Shown here piece after piece: positions 29,014-39,392 of a stretch of DNA of 64,000 nt. The notes below the pieces were generated by a model, which saw only the letters and a program-made list of their open reading frames with translations, made no database searches and was not told the DNA's origin. Position 1 is the first letter of the stretch. The number at the start of each line of letters is the position of its first letter. The position numbers and the translations under genes are program-made. The stretch comes from a virus (Duplodnaviria > Caudoviricetes), in IMG/VR virus record IMGVR_UViG_3300036942_000148, positions 14,609-78,608 of that record, one strand, 5' to 3'.

Positions 29014-32000
29014 TTAACCTGTTGCTATTTTATCTTCATACTTTGTATTCTTACTTCCAGAAACGTTACCGTCATTCATATTTCCAAATAGCATACTGAT
29101 AGCGCTCTGAAGTGAATTCTGTTCCTGTTCTGTTTCTGATTTATTTATCATTTGAACTAATTGAGTTAGAATATCGACTTGTTGTGAACTTAAGTCTTTA
29201 ATATCTTGTTCTTCACCAAGTCTATTTTGAAGGTCTTCTCTTAAATTATCATTTATTTCTTTATTAAAATTCAAGAGTTCCTTAGTAACCTCAATCAATT
29301 CTTTCTTAAGCTGTCTATCTTCTTCGTTCATCTCGTTGCTAGCTTTGATAGTTTCATTGACAGCTGCAAGTACTTCACCATCTTTAGTATATTTATCTAC
29401 ATAGTCACTAGTAGAAGTAGACCTAGCGGTTGTTTGTTCTTGATCATAAAGAGCTAATACATTTTCAAGCTCATTACCTTCAGATCTTTTTCCTAGAAGT
29501 CTATTATAAACTCCTTTTTGAACCGCAGAACTACTACTACTGAAGTAAGCTAACTCGCCATCTTTATTTCTTTTACCTCTTTCATTATAGATAGCTTTTA
29601 TAATATCTTTATCTGACATATCACTAGTTATTCCAGCATTATTAATTAGACTAGTTCCAGCACCATGCTGAACAGCTGTGGAGAATACTGCTTCTCTTAA
29701 AGCTTTACTTTTATTATCTAAATCAATACCCAATTCACTTTTAAATCTTCTTTTCATAGGATCGTAATGGGATTCTTTTATAAATTGACTTTGCAAGGCT
29801 CTGAATCTTTCAGGGTACTTTTTAGCAACTTTTCTCCAATTCTTATCAAAATCATCACTAGTAATGGCAACTTTCCTATTCCTCTTATTCCTAGTAGTGC
29901 TTGGATCTGTATTTAACATCAATTCATTATAAATAGCTTTATCTTTATTGGGAAGAAAATTATTTACAAATGAGTGTAATGTCTTTTGCTTTGAGGACAG
30001 CTGATAGGGACCATAAGACTTTCCACCATGATCTCCTCTACCAGAACTAATAATTCCTGCTCCCGCTCCACCTGATTCATAATGCGAAGCTATATCACCC
30101 ATATTGTAAGATTTACCTGTAACTGTTTCGAGATTAGAATTTTCTGTATTTATAGAATGGTTATTTTTTGGTTCATCTTTACTAAATGGGTTTATTTTAT
30201 TAATCCAACTTCCAGCACCATCTTTAACCTCTTGGAGTTTGTTAGTGAAGAAGTTAGATATACCAGTACTGAAAGAACTGAATGACTCAATGATACTAGT
30301 TTTATCTTTCTGAGCTTTAGCTATTTCAGAGTCTTCTTCATCTCCACCAATATTAATGAATGGAAGTTTATTTAATCCATCAATCATTCCATCTTTAATT
30401 TCTCCCATTCTATTCTTGATATCATTCCATTTATCCTTAATTCCACCAAAAACAGATGAGATACTTCCAGTAATAGTAGATATTACGGAGAATATAGAAC
30501 TAGGCATGAATCCAAGTAAACCACTCCATAAAGCACCAGTAACTCCACTAAAGTACCAACCAGCAGACATTCCATTGATTAAACCAGAAATTCCAGACTG
30601 GTCTTTCAATTCATCATTTACATCACTTTCTTTTCTATCTTGTAGGTCATCTCTCTCAGTAAATGATTTCTTAAGTGAAGAAAACTTATCTGTTATAGAG
30701 TCGTACATATCTTTCATCTTATTACCAACAACAACTCCAAGATCTACTAGCTTAGTAGCACCGAATCCACCGAGTGCCGCACCTAGTATGGTTCCTATAC
30801 CTGGCATTAGCATTGTTCCTAATGCTCCACCGACTAATGCACCAGAGATGCCTGTTGCACCTTTCATAACCATTATTCCCTTTTCTTCATCCGAACTTTC
30901 TTTAAAGTTTTCCTTAATACTTTCAACTTTATCAGAAACAGTATCTTTCAACCATTCTACGCCTGATTTTAACTTCTTACCTAACTTTTCTGTGATATCT
31001 ATTATACCTACTGTTCCTATAGCTCCAATTCCTGCACCTAAAACTGTTCCTATACCTGGCATTAACCCCGTTCCTATGGCTCCACCAGTAAGTGCTCCTG
31101 CTAATACAGTAGATATTTCTCCAAAAGATTTCATTCTTTCATCTTTATCTTCTGATTCTAGCCCATTAAACATATCAGTTACTGTGTCTTTTAACCATAT
31201 AGTTCCACTAAGAATTCCGGTTCCTAATGTAGAAACATTATCTACTATACCCTTTGGACCCATATAACCAAGTATTCCACCAATAGCAGATCCTACTGGA
31301 CCACCAAAAGGAAATCCTGCAGTGGCACCTAGTATTAATCCTCTAAGTCCATCAGTTTCATACATTCTTTCCATTATAGTAGATTCATCATCTTTTTCAC
31401 TGCCACCTAATAATCCATTAGCCATGAAATTAGTAAAGTCTACAAACTTATCTCCAACTGCTTTAAATGCATGTGATGTTTTTTCACCACCAATATATCC
31501 TAATCCAGCGCCTAATGCTGCACCAAGGCCAAAACCTACAGGAGTTGCAACACCGAATGATCCAATACCAGCGATTGCTCCACCTGCCATTCCCCATTTT
31601 ATAGCGTTTTTAACAATATTTGAAGTATCATCTTCTGAACCACTGAAAAATGCTCCTATTCCAGAGAATACTTTATTACTTCCTGTATTTTCTTCAAACC
31701 AATCATCTGCTTTTCCAAGACCTTTAAAGAAATCAAGTACTCCCATTATTCCAGCACCAATACCAGATGCATTTAATAATAATGATCCAGCTCCTTGTAA
31801 AGCTGAGTTAGCTATGATTCCACCTAAAATACCGCCGCCAGCTTCTCCCGCTGTATCACCCATTAGTGTTCCTATAAATTCTCCACTAGTATCACCAATA
31901 AGAGTTGCACCTAATTCAGCACCAATATCAGAGAATAAACCATCTCCTTCTCCGTCACCTGTGATCTTACCAATTCCTTTATTTATACTACCTAATAATT

Positions 32001-35000
32001 TATTTTCAGTTTTTTCTATTTCTAATTCTTCATTAGCTCTAGCTTGTCTTCTTTTATCTGCCCAGCTATCTTTATTAATTCCAGAAGAGTTACTAGATTT
32101 AGATGTATCTATTCTAACTACTTCTTTTACTTTATCTAATACTCCACCTTCAACATATACACTTCCTAGACTTTTTCTTTTATCTCTTCCGATTACTTTA
32201 GATACTCCACTAGAAAGCATGCCTAATCCATCACGTACTAGGCTTCCAGTAGCTTTTGCAAACGACATCACTGTCTTTCCAGCTTCAAAGAAAGCATCCT
32301 TAAGGATATCTAATCCATTGAATAGTCCGTCAACAACAGTATCTACAGCTCTTCCAAAATACTCCACAGTTTTAACAGCGCCCTTGATAGCTCCTTTAAA
32401 TGTTTCTCCAATAAGAGTTCCAAGGGGTTTAATTACAGAGTCTTTCAAGAAAGAACCTGCTGTTGTAATGACTGATTTTCCAACATTGTAGACTTCAACA
32501 ATGACTGCTTTAGAAACGTTATATATCTCTTTTATTCCTTTTTCTAATCCTTTAACAAGACTAGTTACACCCTTAAGAGTTTTAACTATAGGATCTATGA
32601 ATATTCTCTTTAAATTATTCTTTATCCCTTTAAAAACTCCACCGATGGCATTTTTAACCCATTTAACTGGATGTGTAACTACGCCTTTAACGAAGTCTTT
32701 AGCTTTACCAATCCAACTACTTCCAGCTTTACCCTCTTGAGCAGGATCAGCACTAGGGTCTCCTAAACCTCTAGTATTGAGTTCAATTTGTTTTAATAAT
32801 TCTTCATTTTTATTAGTATTTTTATCAATATTAGCTAATCTATTAGAAATAGTGCTTTCTGAATCGATTCCAATAGCTTCCTTGATGAAATCTGAATTAT
32901 TAGATATTACATCTATTTTTTCATTATTATCTATATCTCTATCTTTTATAGTATCTATCACATCAGAAACCTTAGTTGTAATAGTTTCTTTAACGTCTGA
33001 TAATTTAGTAGTTGTCTTATCTTTAATATTAGCAGACATATCTTTGGCTGTTCCAGTCACTGCACTTGTCATGTCTTTCATACCATCAATAGCTTTTAAA
33101 GCAGAGTCTTTAGCACTATTAGTTAAATCTCCACCTATATCAATGCTAAACGGAGAAAAGTCAGAATCCTTAGCTGAAGAAAATACTTTACTTACTGTAT
33201 CAGAGAAACTTTTCCTTAAATCATTATCAACTAACTTATCTCCAATAGCTTCTTTCAAAGCTCCACCCTTTTTAATTATAGATTCATTATCTTCATCACC
33301 GAAGATAGCAGTTGTAAGATCTTTTCCAAAGCCTTTTAGTTTATCCATAGCTTTAGTTAAGATTCCTTCATCACCAAATACTCCTTCTCTAAATGCTTTA
33401 GTTTGAGTTACCAATCCAACTAAACCACCGATTAAAGGACCTCCTGGTAAGAAGAATGATGCTAATAAACCAGAGCTAACTCCAGTTATTCCTCTTTTCT
33501 TCAGATCATCTTTACTACTTCCTAATTTATCTATCAATCCTTCTTTATCTTTAGAACCGAATACTGCTTCTTTGAACACGTCAGTTTGTGTTGCTAATCC
33601 TAGCATTCCACCAAGAACAGGTCCACCTGGCATTCCCATCCAAGCTAATGCACCTACGCCAGCACCCATTCCTCTTTGTTTCATATCTTCTTTACTTAAA
33701 CCAATGCTAGTAGCAATACCATCTTCACCAAACATGAAATCATCGAAGTATTCAGTTTGAGTAGCTATACCTAATAAACCACCAATCACTGGTCCACCTG
33801 GAAGTACTAGGCTTGCTAACGCACCTCCACCTGCACCTATTCCTAGTTGTTTTAATTTATCTCTAGAAATATTGATTGAAGTTAGAATTCCATCATCACC
33901 AAACATGAAATCTTTGAACTGGTCAGTTTGAGTTGCTATACCTAATAAACCACCAATCACTGGTCCACCTGGCATACTTAAGCCTACTAAAGCACCTACT
34001 CCACCAGATATACCCATTTTCTTAGCTTGTTTCTCATCTATTCCACGTTTAGTGAGTTCTCCATCTTCACCGAATAGGTAATCTTTAACTATTTCAGATT
34101 GACTAGCTACACCTAATAGGGATCCTAATAAAGGTCCACCAGGCATTATTAATCCAGTTAAAGCACCTACTCCAGCACCAATTTTAACTCCTTGAATACT
34201 ATCTTCGTTGTAACCTATTTTATTCAAGAAACCTTCTTCATCTTCAGTTCCAAATAAAAATTCTTTAGCTTGATCTGTCTGAAGTGCGAAACCAGTTAAG
34301 GCTCCTAATAGTGGTCCACCTGGTAGTATGAAACTAGATAAGACTCCTATACCAGACGATATTCCAGCTTTCTTAAGGTCTTCCTTATCACTCATTCCAA
34401 TTTTATCTAAGATACCAGTATCTTCATCGCTTTCACCGAACAACCAGTTTTGAACTGATCTAGTATTGAAAGCTAAGCCACCTAATGCTCCTAATAGTGG
34501 TCCACCTGGCAATATAAAACTAGATAGAATACCAACCCCACTTGAAATACCAAGCTGTTTGAATTGATCTTTTTGATCATCACTAGCGAATTTGAACATC
34601 GATTTCTTAGGATTATCAGGATCTATTTCATCGCCTTTGTCCCCAAAGAGGAAATCTTTGGTACTAGAAATCATATCTTTCATTTCATCTGTCCTAGAGA
34701 ATAGTCCTAATCCTGCTCCTATTAGTGGACCACCTGGCAGGAATAGTGACAATGCTCCACCTATCCCAGCTGCTTTGGCATATTCTCCGTTCAACCAACC
34801 AGTTTTATCATCATCATCTTCAGCATTCTTGTCACCGAACATGAATTTCTTGAGAGAAGTTTTTAATCCATCAAAACTATCAGCAAAATTTCCGAAGAGA
34901 CCTTTAATTCCAAAAGGAGACCACCCGCCTAAATCAGGAGAATCGATGTCGAGTCCTTCAGGAGTGTCCATTCCAAATAATAAATTTTTAAACCCAGTTT

Positions 35001-37227
35001 TCATAGGATTAAATAGATTATCTTTCATGGAATCAATTAAAGAAGTTTTGGTTCCATCTTCGTGAGCAAAGAAGAGGTCAGTAATCTTCTGATTCATAGG
35101 GTCTATCACGTTTTCACTTACAAAATCAAAAGGAGCGCTATACATCTTTTGAACTGATTCTTTTATAGCATCAATCTTTCCTTTTCCTCTACTTATTTGA
35201 TCCCCTAGGAAACCTGAATCTTCTTTATCTTCATTTTGGTTTTGCAGTCTTTCTCTTAACTTATCTGTGCTAGATTTCTTATCAGGCTTGTAAGTGGTAA
35301 CCATTGAATTTTCTTCTTCATCTTTATTCTTACCAGCTATCCCTTTTATCTCATTTTTTCTAACGAGCTTTTCCATCTTTCCTTCGTCAAAATCATCTTT
35401 GATCAATTCTCTAGTAACCAAGTCATCATCGTAACTTGAAAGAGAATAGTAAATTCTAGCAAGATACTTAGGAATCACATCGGTAACTGATTTAAATATT
35501 GATTTATTCTTACCACCAGAACCTTGTTGATCTTTAATATTATCTGTATCAAATGCAGCTGCATAAGTCGAACTTTGCCCAGCTTCAGTATAAAGGTCAT
35601 TGAGATTTCTGTTACCTTCCATTATTCTCTTTTGCATTTGGAACATTTCATCATTATCTAAATCGTTCCAGTAGTTTTTCATTAATCCCATTTGATCTTC
35701 ATTTAAATTATAATCTTCAGCACTGTAGTTTTTATCATTAGGATCGAACATTTTTCCTGCTTTAGATATATTAGTGAATATCTCATTTAATTCTTCCTTT
35801 TCTTCATCAGACATCCCATATCCAAATCTACTAGAAGCATCAGTTAATAGACTTCCACCTGCTTCTTTTTGTTCCTTTTCTCTAAATTCTTTTTTAATAT
35901 TCTTCTTAGTAGTAAATGCGCCTTTATCATAATCGTACACTAATTCACTAGAATCCCCTCTAACTGCTGAAAGTATCTTAGAAAGAAGAGAAGGAATGGT
36001 GTGAGTGATAGAACGCTTAGTAATCCCGTCAAAAGGAACTGCACCTTTTTCGTATCCTCCAAAATCAGGACCGCTTTGCATAATGTCTCCCACACCCATT
36101 ACATCTAATATCTTCTTAAAGAATTTATTATCAGTGGAATCTTTCAATCTTTCCATCTGTAATAAGAATGTTTGTGGTAGACTATTTATGATACTATCAA
36201 ATTGCTGGAGGGAATCTTTAAATCCTTCAGGAATCATATTATCAAATATAGCAGTCATAGCTCTCCCTACTGGGTTAGCTACAATCTCTTTAATTCCCAT
36301 CTTGATCATATCAGCCATGCCACCACCGCTAGTGGCACTTTGAGTCACATATTTGAAATATTCTAAGAAATTGAACGAACCATCGGAACCTATTATTCTA
36401 TTAATTGCTTTCTCTTTAGGTCCAGACCCTTTATCTTTTCCTATTCCAAAATAATTATTTCTTTTCTCAGTCTCATCAACCATCTTATTGATACTGGAAT
36501 TCAAATCCTCGAAAGCTGTCAGTGAGCTTTCATAGAAACTGAGGGAAGTACTGTAATAATCCGTAGTGGTCTCTAATTGAAATTCTAACATTGTTCTAAG
36601 TACACTATTGGTCATAGTAATACTTCTATTAATATTAGAACCAATACTTAACACACTACCAGAAATAGATGCTCCAAGTTCCTGCATTTTTCCGGAAGTT
36701 CCTTGAGTAACATTCGTTACACTAACTGGGCTATTATTAACAGTTTGATTATTAATGGTGTTAGTTTGCTGATTTAAAGTCTTTTTATCATTCTTAGTTA
36801 CATTGACTTTACCTTCATCTACTTCAGTACTAGTTCCCACATCAAACTCATCGTCATCGAAATCAAACTCACTCATGTCCATGTCAAAGAAATCAGCCAT
36901 AGCTTGTTCATTGGCTTCTTCTACTCTTTTTTGATTATTGAGTTGACCAGACTTCATGTCGGAAATCGCATTTTTAAGCAGATCAGAAGTAGATTGCTTT
37001 GCAAAATCAATGTTTTCAGATACCTTCCCACTAGAACTACTAGACATGGATTTCTTTATACCTTCACTAATAGAATTAGCTTCTCTAATATTTTGTCTAA
37101 TATCTTGACCTTTATTTATGATTGCTTCATTAGCTTCTATATTCTTAAATAGATTAGGTAAGTTACGCCTAGCAACACTCTTGAGAGTAAACTTCAAACT
37201 TGATTTTAAATTTTTCCCATAACTCAT
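29014..37227 (-). CDS. Tape measure protein with Gly-zipper repeats and a C-terminal lysozyme-like domain
   Basis: 2737 aa; eight PGGP repeats; HYESGG...ISSGRGDHGGKSYGPYQL muramidase-like motif (VgrG3-C type). Confidence 0.8.
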   Translation of the reverse strand: MSYGKNLKSSLKFTLKSVARRNLPNLFKNIEANEAIINKGQDIRQNIREANSISEGIKKSMSSSSSGKVSENIDFAKQSTSDLLKNAISDMKSGQLNNQKRVEEANEQAMADFFDMDMSEFDFDDDEFDVGTSTEVDEGKVNVTKNDKKTLNQQTNTINNQTVNNSPVSVTNVTQGTSGKMQELGASISGSVLSIGSNINRSITMTNSVLRTMLEFQLETTTDYYSTSLSFYESSLTAFEDLNSSINKMVDETEKRNNYFGIGKDKGSGPKEKAINRIIGSDGSFNFLEYFKYVTQSATSGGGMADMIKMGIKEIVANPVGRAMTAIFDNMIPEGFKDSLQQFDSIINSLPQTFLLQMERLKDSTDNKFFKKILDVMGVGDIMQSGPDFGGYEKGAVPFDGITKRSITHTIPSLLSKILSAVRGDSSELVYDYDKGAFTTKKNIKKEFREKEQKEAGGSLLTDASSRFGYGMSDEEKEELNEIFTNISKAGKMFDPNDKNYSAEDYNLNEDQMGLMKNYWNDLDNDEMFQMQKRIMEGNRNLNDLYTEAGQSSTYAAAFDTDNIKDQQGSGGKNKSIFKSVTDVIPKYLARIYYSLSSYDDDLVTRELIKDDFDEGKMEKLVRKNEIKGIAGKNKDEEENSMVTTYKPDKKSSTDKLRERLQNQNEDKEDSGFLGDQISRGKGKIDAIKESVQKMYSAPFDFVSENVIDPMNQKITDLFFAHEDGTKTSLIDSMKDNLFNPMKTGFKNLLFGMDTPEGLDIDSPDLGGWSPFGIKGLFGNFADSFDGLKTSLKKFMFGDKNAEDDDDKTGWLNGEYAKAAGIGGALSLFLPGGPLIGAGLGLFSRTDEMKDMISSTKDFLFGDKGDEIDPDNPKKSMFKFASDDQKDQFKQLGISSGVGILSSFILPGGPLLGALGGLAFNTRSVQNWLFGESDEDTGILDKIGMSDKEDLKKAGISSGIGVLSSFILPGGPLLGALTGFALQTDQAKEFLFGTEDEEGFLNKIGYNEDSIQGVKIGAGVGALTGLIMPGGPLLGSLLGVASQSEIVKDYLFGEDGELTKRGIDEKQAKKMGISGGVGALVGLSMPGGPVIGGLLGIATQTDQFKDFMFGDDGILTSINISRDKLKQLGIGAGGGALASLVLPGGPVIGGLLGIATQTEYFDDFMFGEDGIATSIGLSKEDMKQRGMGAGVGALAWMGMPGGPVLGGMLGLATQTDVFKEAVFGSKDKEGLIDKLGSSKDDLKKRGITGVSSGLLASFFLPGGPLIGGLVGLVTQTKAFREGVFGDEGILTKAMDKLKGFGKDLTTAIFGDEDNESIIKKGGALKEAIGDKLVDNDLRKSFSDTVSKVFSSAKDSDFSPFSIDIGGDLTNSAKDSALKAIDGMKDMTSAVTGTAKDMSANIKDKTTTKLSDVKETITTKVSDVIDTIKDRDIDNNEKIDVISNNSDFIKEAIGIDSESTISNRLANIDKNTNKNEELLKQIELNTRGLGDPSADPAQEGKAGSSWIGKAKDFVKGVVTHPVKWVKNAIGGVFKGIKNNLKRIFIDPIVKTLKGVTSLVKGLEKGIKEIYNVSKAVIVEVYNVGKSVITTAGSFLKDSVIKPLGTLIGETFKGAIKGAVKTVEYFGRAVDTVVDGLFNGLDILKDAFFEAGKTVMSFAKATGSLVRDGLGMLSSGVSKVIGRDKRKSLGSVYVEGGVLDKVKEVVRIDTSKSSNSSGINKDSWADKRRQARANEELEIEKTENKLLGSINKGIGKITGDGEGDGLFSDIGAELGATLIGDTSGEFIGTLMGDTAGEAGGGILGGIIANSALQGAGSLLLNASGIGAGIMGVLDFFKGLGKADDWFEENTGSNKVFSGIGAFFSGSEDDTSNIVKNAIKWGMAGGAIAGIGSFGVATPVGFGLGAALGAGLGYIGGEKTSHAFKAVGDKFVDFTNFMANGLLGGSEKDDESTIMERMYETDGLRGLILGATAGFPFGGPVGSAIGGILGYMGPKGIVDNVSTLGTGILSGTIWLKDTVTDMFNGLESEDKDERMKSFGEISTVLAGALTGGAIGTGLMPGIGTVLGAGIGAIGTVGIIDITEKLGKKLKSGVEWLKDTVSDKVESIKENFKESSDEEKGIMVMKGATGISGALVGGALGTMLMPGIGTILGAALGGFGATKLVDLGVVVGNKMKDMYDSITDKFSSLKKSFTERDDLQDRKESDVNDELKDQSGISGLINGMSAGWYFSGVTGALWSGLLGFMPSSIFSVISTITGSISSVFGGIKDKWNDIKNRMGEIKDGMIDGLNKLPFINIGGDEEDSEIAKAQKDKTSIIESFSSFSTGISNFFTNKLQEVKDGAGSWINKINPFSKDEPKNNHSINTENSNLETVTGKSYNMGDIASHYESGGAGAGIISSGRGDHGGKSYGPYQLSSKQKTLHSFVNNFLPNKDKAIYNELMLNTDPSTTRNKRNRKVAITSDDFDKNWRKVAKKYPERFRALQSQFIKESHYDPMKRRFKSELGIDLDNKSKALREAVFSTAVQHGAGTSLINNAGITSDMSDKDIIKAIYNERGKRNKDGELAYFSSSSSAVQKGVYNRLLGKRSEGNELENVLALYDQEQTTARSTSTSDYVDKYTKDGEVLAAVNETIKASNEMNEEDRQLKKELIEVTKELLNFNKEINDNLREDLQNRLGEEQDIKDLSSQQVDILTQLVQMINKSETEQEQNSLQSAISMLFGNMNDGNVSGSKNTKYEDKIATG
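33370..34780 (-). repeat. Eight roughly 50-aa tandem GxGAL...(L/M)PGGP(L/V)xG..G...FG repeats
   Basis: Eight PGGP motifs counted in the translation; coordinates approximate. Confidence 0.85.
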
Positions 37228-37297
37228 TTAGAAATTTCACCGCCTTAGCTTATTTATATAAAATTATTTATTATCATTAATATTATAAATTTTTAAT

Positions 37298-37309
37298 TAT
37301 TTTATTGTT
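37298..37309 (-). promoter_or_regulatory. AACA-N6-TA late-type promoter
   Basis: AACAATAAAATA upstream of the tape measure gene. Confidence 0.6.
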
Positions 37310-37324
37310 GTCTAGAAAAAAAAA

Positions 37325-37359
37325 ATAATAAATAGAGTCATGAAAACTCTATTTATTAT
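37325..37359. terminator. Intrinsic terminator
   Basis: ATAATAAATAGAGT/ACTCTATTTATTAT. Confidence 0.7.
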
Positions 37360-37373
37360 CTTGTAAGAGGAGA

Positions 37374-38462
37374 TTAAATATACTCTTCACCTTCAAAAAT
37401 TTCTTCTAATTTTAAAGGTGTTCTATATTTTCCAGAAAAATATTTATCATTGATATATCTCAATGCCTGACCATCTACTTTATTCACAATTTGATTGTCG
37501 ATGGATGCTTTCATCTTTTCATTCATCAAGTTATTGATTTCTCTATGTGAAATTTGTTTGAATGACTTTCTTAATCTTTCTTTCTGATTGTCCACAAACT
37601 CATCTTCAAGATCTCCAATGAAGTCATTTATATCTAAATACTCTATATTACTAATCTTTTCATCATCAATCCATTTTTGTATTTTATTAGAAGAACGAAT
37701 ATAACCATAACCATTTAAACCTTGAATATTATACCTTTTGTAACCCACTAAACTAAAAATAATAGGTAATAACTCTGGTATAAAAGTATATTCATCATAA
37801 TCTTTCTCGGTAAGTTTAGGGATAATATCTTCTTTTTCTAATACTTCAGAATTATCTTGCTTACAAGTCAAAACTATAGTATCATCTAATAAGGCATTCT
37901 GCCAAGAAAGTTTAGTATTGTTCAATATGACATTCAATTGATTTTCCTTATGGTAGTTAGTTATAAAATATCTAGGAAAACCTTCAGGATCGAACTCTTT
38001 AGTATTGATGAAATAGACATTAGGTATATAGTTCCCGATAGTTTTAGATAGTTTAATATTCTTCTCCATTATAGAATTTATGTTAGAGAATTCTGGGTTA
38101 TCATCGTTGATTCTTTTAGCATAATAATCCTTTTTATATTCTCTATTGATTTCTTTCAGTTTATCACATTCTCTGGTGGAGTAATAAAAGTAGAATGTAG
38201 TGTAAGTTTGATGTCTCGACCAGAAGTATCTCCTATAATGAGCCGCAATATTGAGTAGTTCTACTGTTATTAGGAACTTCTCACTATTATTCATAGTGTT
38301 AAAGTGTTCAATAGTTCTTGGATTATAAATACTGTTCAATAGTGAATAGATATCGATATAAAATACTACGTCATCCTTTTCTTCGGGTAAGTACTTCGGG
38401 AAGAAATCGTTAAGTATATTATATCTTATCTTTTTTGAATTTAATATCTTTTCAAGTATCAT
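37374..38462 (-). CDS. 5'-3' exonuclease/FEN-like protein, possibly catalytically degenerate
   Basis: N-terminal VFYIDIYS strand and H3TH-like LVGYKRYNIQGLNGYG. Confidence 0.45.
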   Translation of the reverse strand: MILEKILNSKKIRYNILNDFFPKYLPEEKDDVVFYIDIYSLLNSIYNPRTIEHFNTMNNSEKFLITVELLNIAAHYRRYFWSRHQTYTTFYFYYSTRECDKLKEINREYKKDYYAKRINDDNPEFSNINSIMEKNIKLSKTIGNYIPNVYFINTKEFDPEGFPRYFITNYHKENQLNVILNNTKLSWQNALLDDTIVLTCKQDNSEVLEKEDIIPKLTEKDYDEYTFIPELLPIIFSLVGYKRYNIQGLNGYGYIRSSNKIQKWIDDEKISNIEYLDINDFIGDLEDEFVDNQKERLRKSFKQISHREINNLMNEKMKASIDNQIVNKVDGQALRYINDKYFSGKYRTPLKLEEIFEGEEYI

Positions 38463-38485
38463 TTTAATTATCCCTTCCTTTCACT

Positions 38486-38501
38486 ATTATAATATATACT
38501 T
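38486..38501 (-). promoter_or_regulatory. Putative early promoter (TATATATTAT)
   Basis: AAGTATATATTATAAT about 24 nt upstream of 38462. Confidence 0.55.
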
Positions 38502-38514
38502 ATAAATCCAATTA

Positions 38515-39054
38515 CTATATATTAGTAATGTTAGTTCCGTCAGCTCCTGCTACTCTATCTTGATTTTGATAGGTTCCTATATCTTTATATAAATTTTCTA
38601 TGTTCCCAGTATTTTCCATGAGAACTAATTGACAGATAGCTTTTCCTGCTTTAATTTTAATTGGTAGATTATTAGCGTTAAATAACTCTAAAGTAAGTTT
38701 ACCTTCAAACCCAGGATTAACAAAACCTGCATTTTGAATGAATAACCCTAGTCTTCCAATGGATGATTTCCCTTCGATTAACGTGGAAATAGAGTTTGGG
38801 AAAGATACGTATTCTTTAGTGGTTCCCAATATGAAACTCTTACCGGGTATGAATATCTCATCTTTCTCTATCTCTTCATACTCAATTTCTTTATCCAAAG
38901 TGATAATCTCATTGCTTTCTTTCATCTTTAAGTATTTATTATCTAAATGTAAATCAATTGAAGAACTTTGCAACTGTTTGCCAGGATTATAAGGATCTAT
39001 TCTAAGCTTTCTATTCTTAATGTATGTTTTAATTTCTTTATCAGTTAATACCAT
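38515..39054 (-). CDS. dcd: dCTP deaminase
   Basis: LQSSSIDLHL, EGKSSIGRLG, AGFVNPGFEGKLTLEL, ICQLV and YQNQ motifs. Confidence 0.9.
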   Translation of the reverse strand: MVLTDKEIKTYIKNRKLRIDPYNPGKQLQSSSIDLHLDNKYLKMKESNEIITLDKEIEYEEIEKDEIFIPGKSFILGTTKEYVSFPNSISTLIEGKSSIGRLGLFIQNAGFVNPGFEGKLTLELFNANNLPIKIKAGKAICQLVLMENTGNIENLYKDIGTYQNQDRVAGADGTNITNI

Positions 39055-39085
39055 TATTAAAATCCCCCTCAGAATTTAATTTTTG

Positions 39086-39097
39086 TATTATTTTGTT
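39086..39097 (-). promoter_or_regulatory. AACA-N6-TA promoter
   Basis: AACAAAATAATA upstream of dcd. Confidence 0.6.
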
Positions 39098-39125
39098 TTA
39101 TATAAATTAAATCTTTAAAAATAAA

Positions 39126-39153
39126 AAGAGATAATCAATTAAGATTATCTCTT
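39126..39153. terminator. Intrinsic terminator
   Basis: AAGAGATAATC/GATTATCTCTT. Confidence 0.7.
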
Positions 39154-39215
39154 CTTCAATACGAATGAGTAATATTCTCTATTTATTTGTCCGTTACTCT
39201 CGGGCAAATGGATAT

Positions 39216-39335
39216 TTACATAATGCTATATAAAATACCTTTGTGTTCATTTTCTTTATTGAAAAGGCTTCCACTACATTTAGAGCAATGAACCCTTCCT
39301 GAACGATTATTTGTATTGCAATCTTTGCAAATCAT
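39216..39335 (-). CDS. 39-aa C4 zinc-ribbon microprotein missing from the ORF track
   Basis: AAGGAGG SD; MICKDCNTNNRSGRVHCSKCSGSLF (CxxC-x10-CxxC). Confidence 0.7.
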   Translation of the reverse strand: MICKDCNTNNRSGRVHCSKCSGSLFNKENEHKGILYSIM

Positions 39336-39392
39336 AATTATTCCTCCTTGTTATATTAGTTATAAAGTTATAGGATTATTATTTTATTTATA

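Noticed and set aside
33370-34780. CRISPR array or DNA-level repeat element
   Set aside because: Repeats are degenerate at DNA level, in frame and conserved as protein; no constant repeat with unique spacers
30082-37152. Plus-strand ORFs opposite the tape measure gene (e.g. 30356-31267, 31322-32491)
   Set aside because: Antisense shadows of Gly/Ala-rich codons; no SD; Pro/Ile/Ser-biased composition
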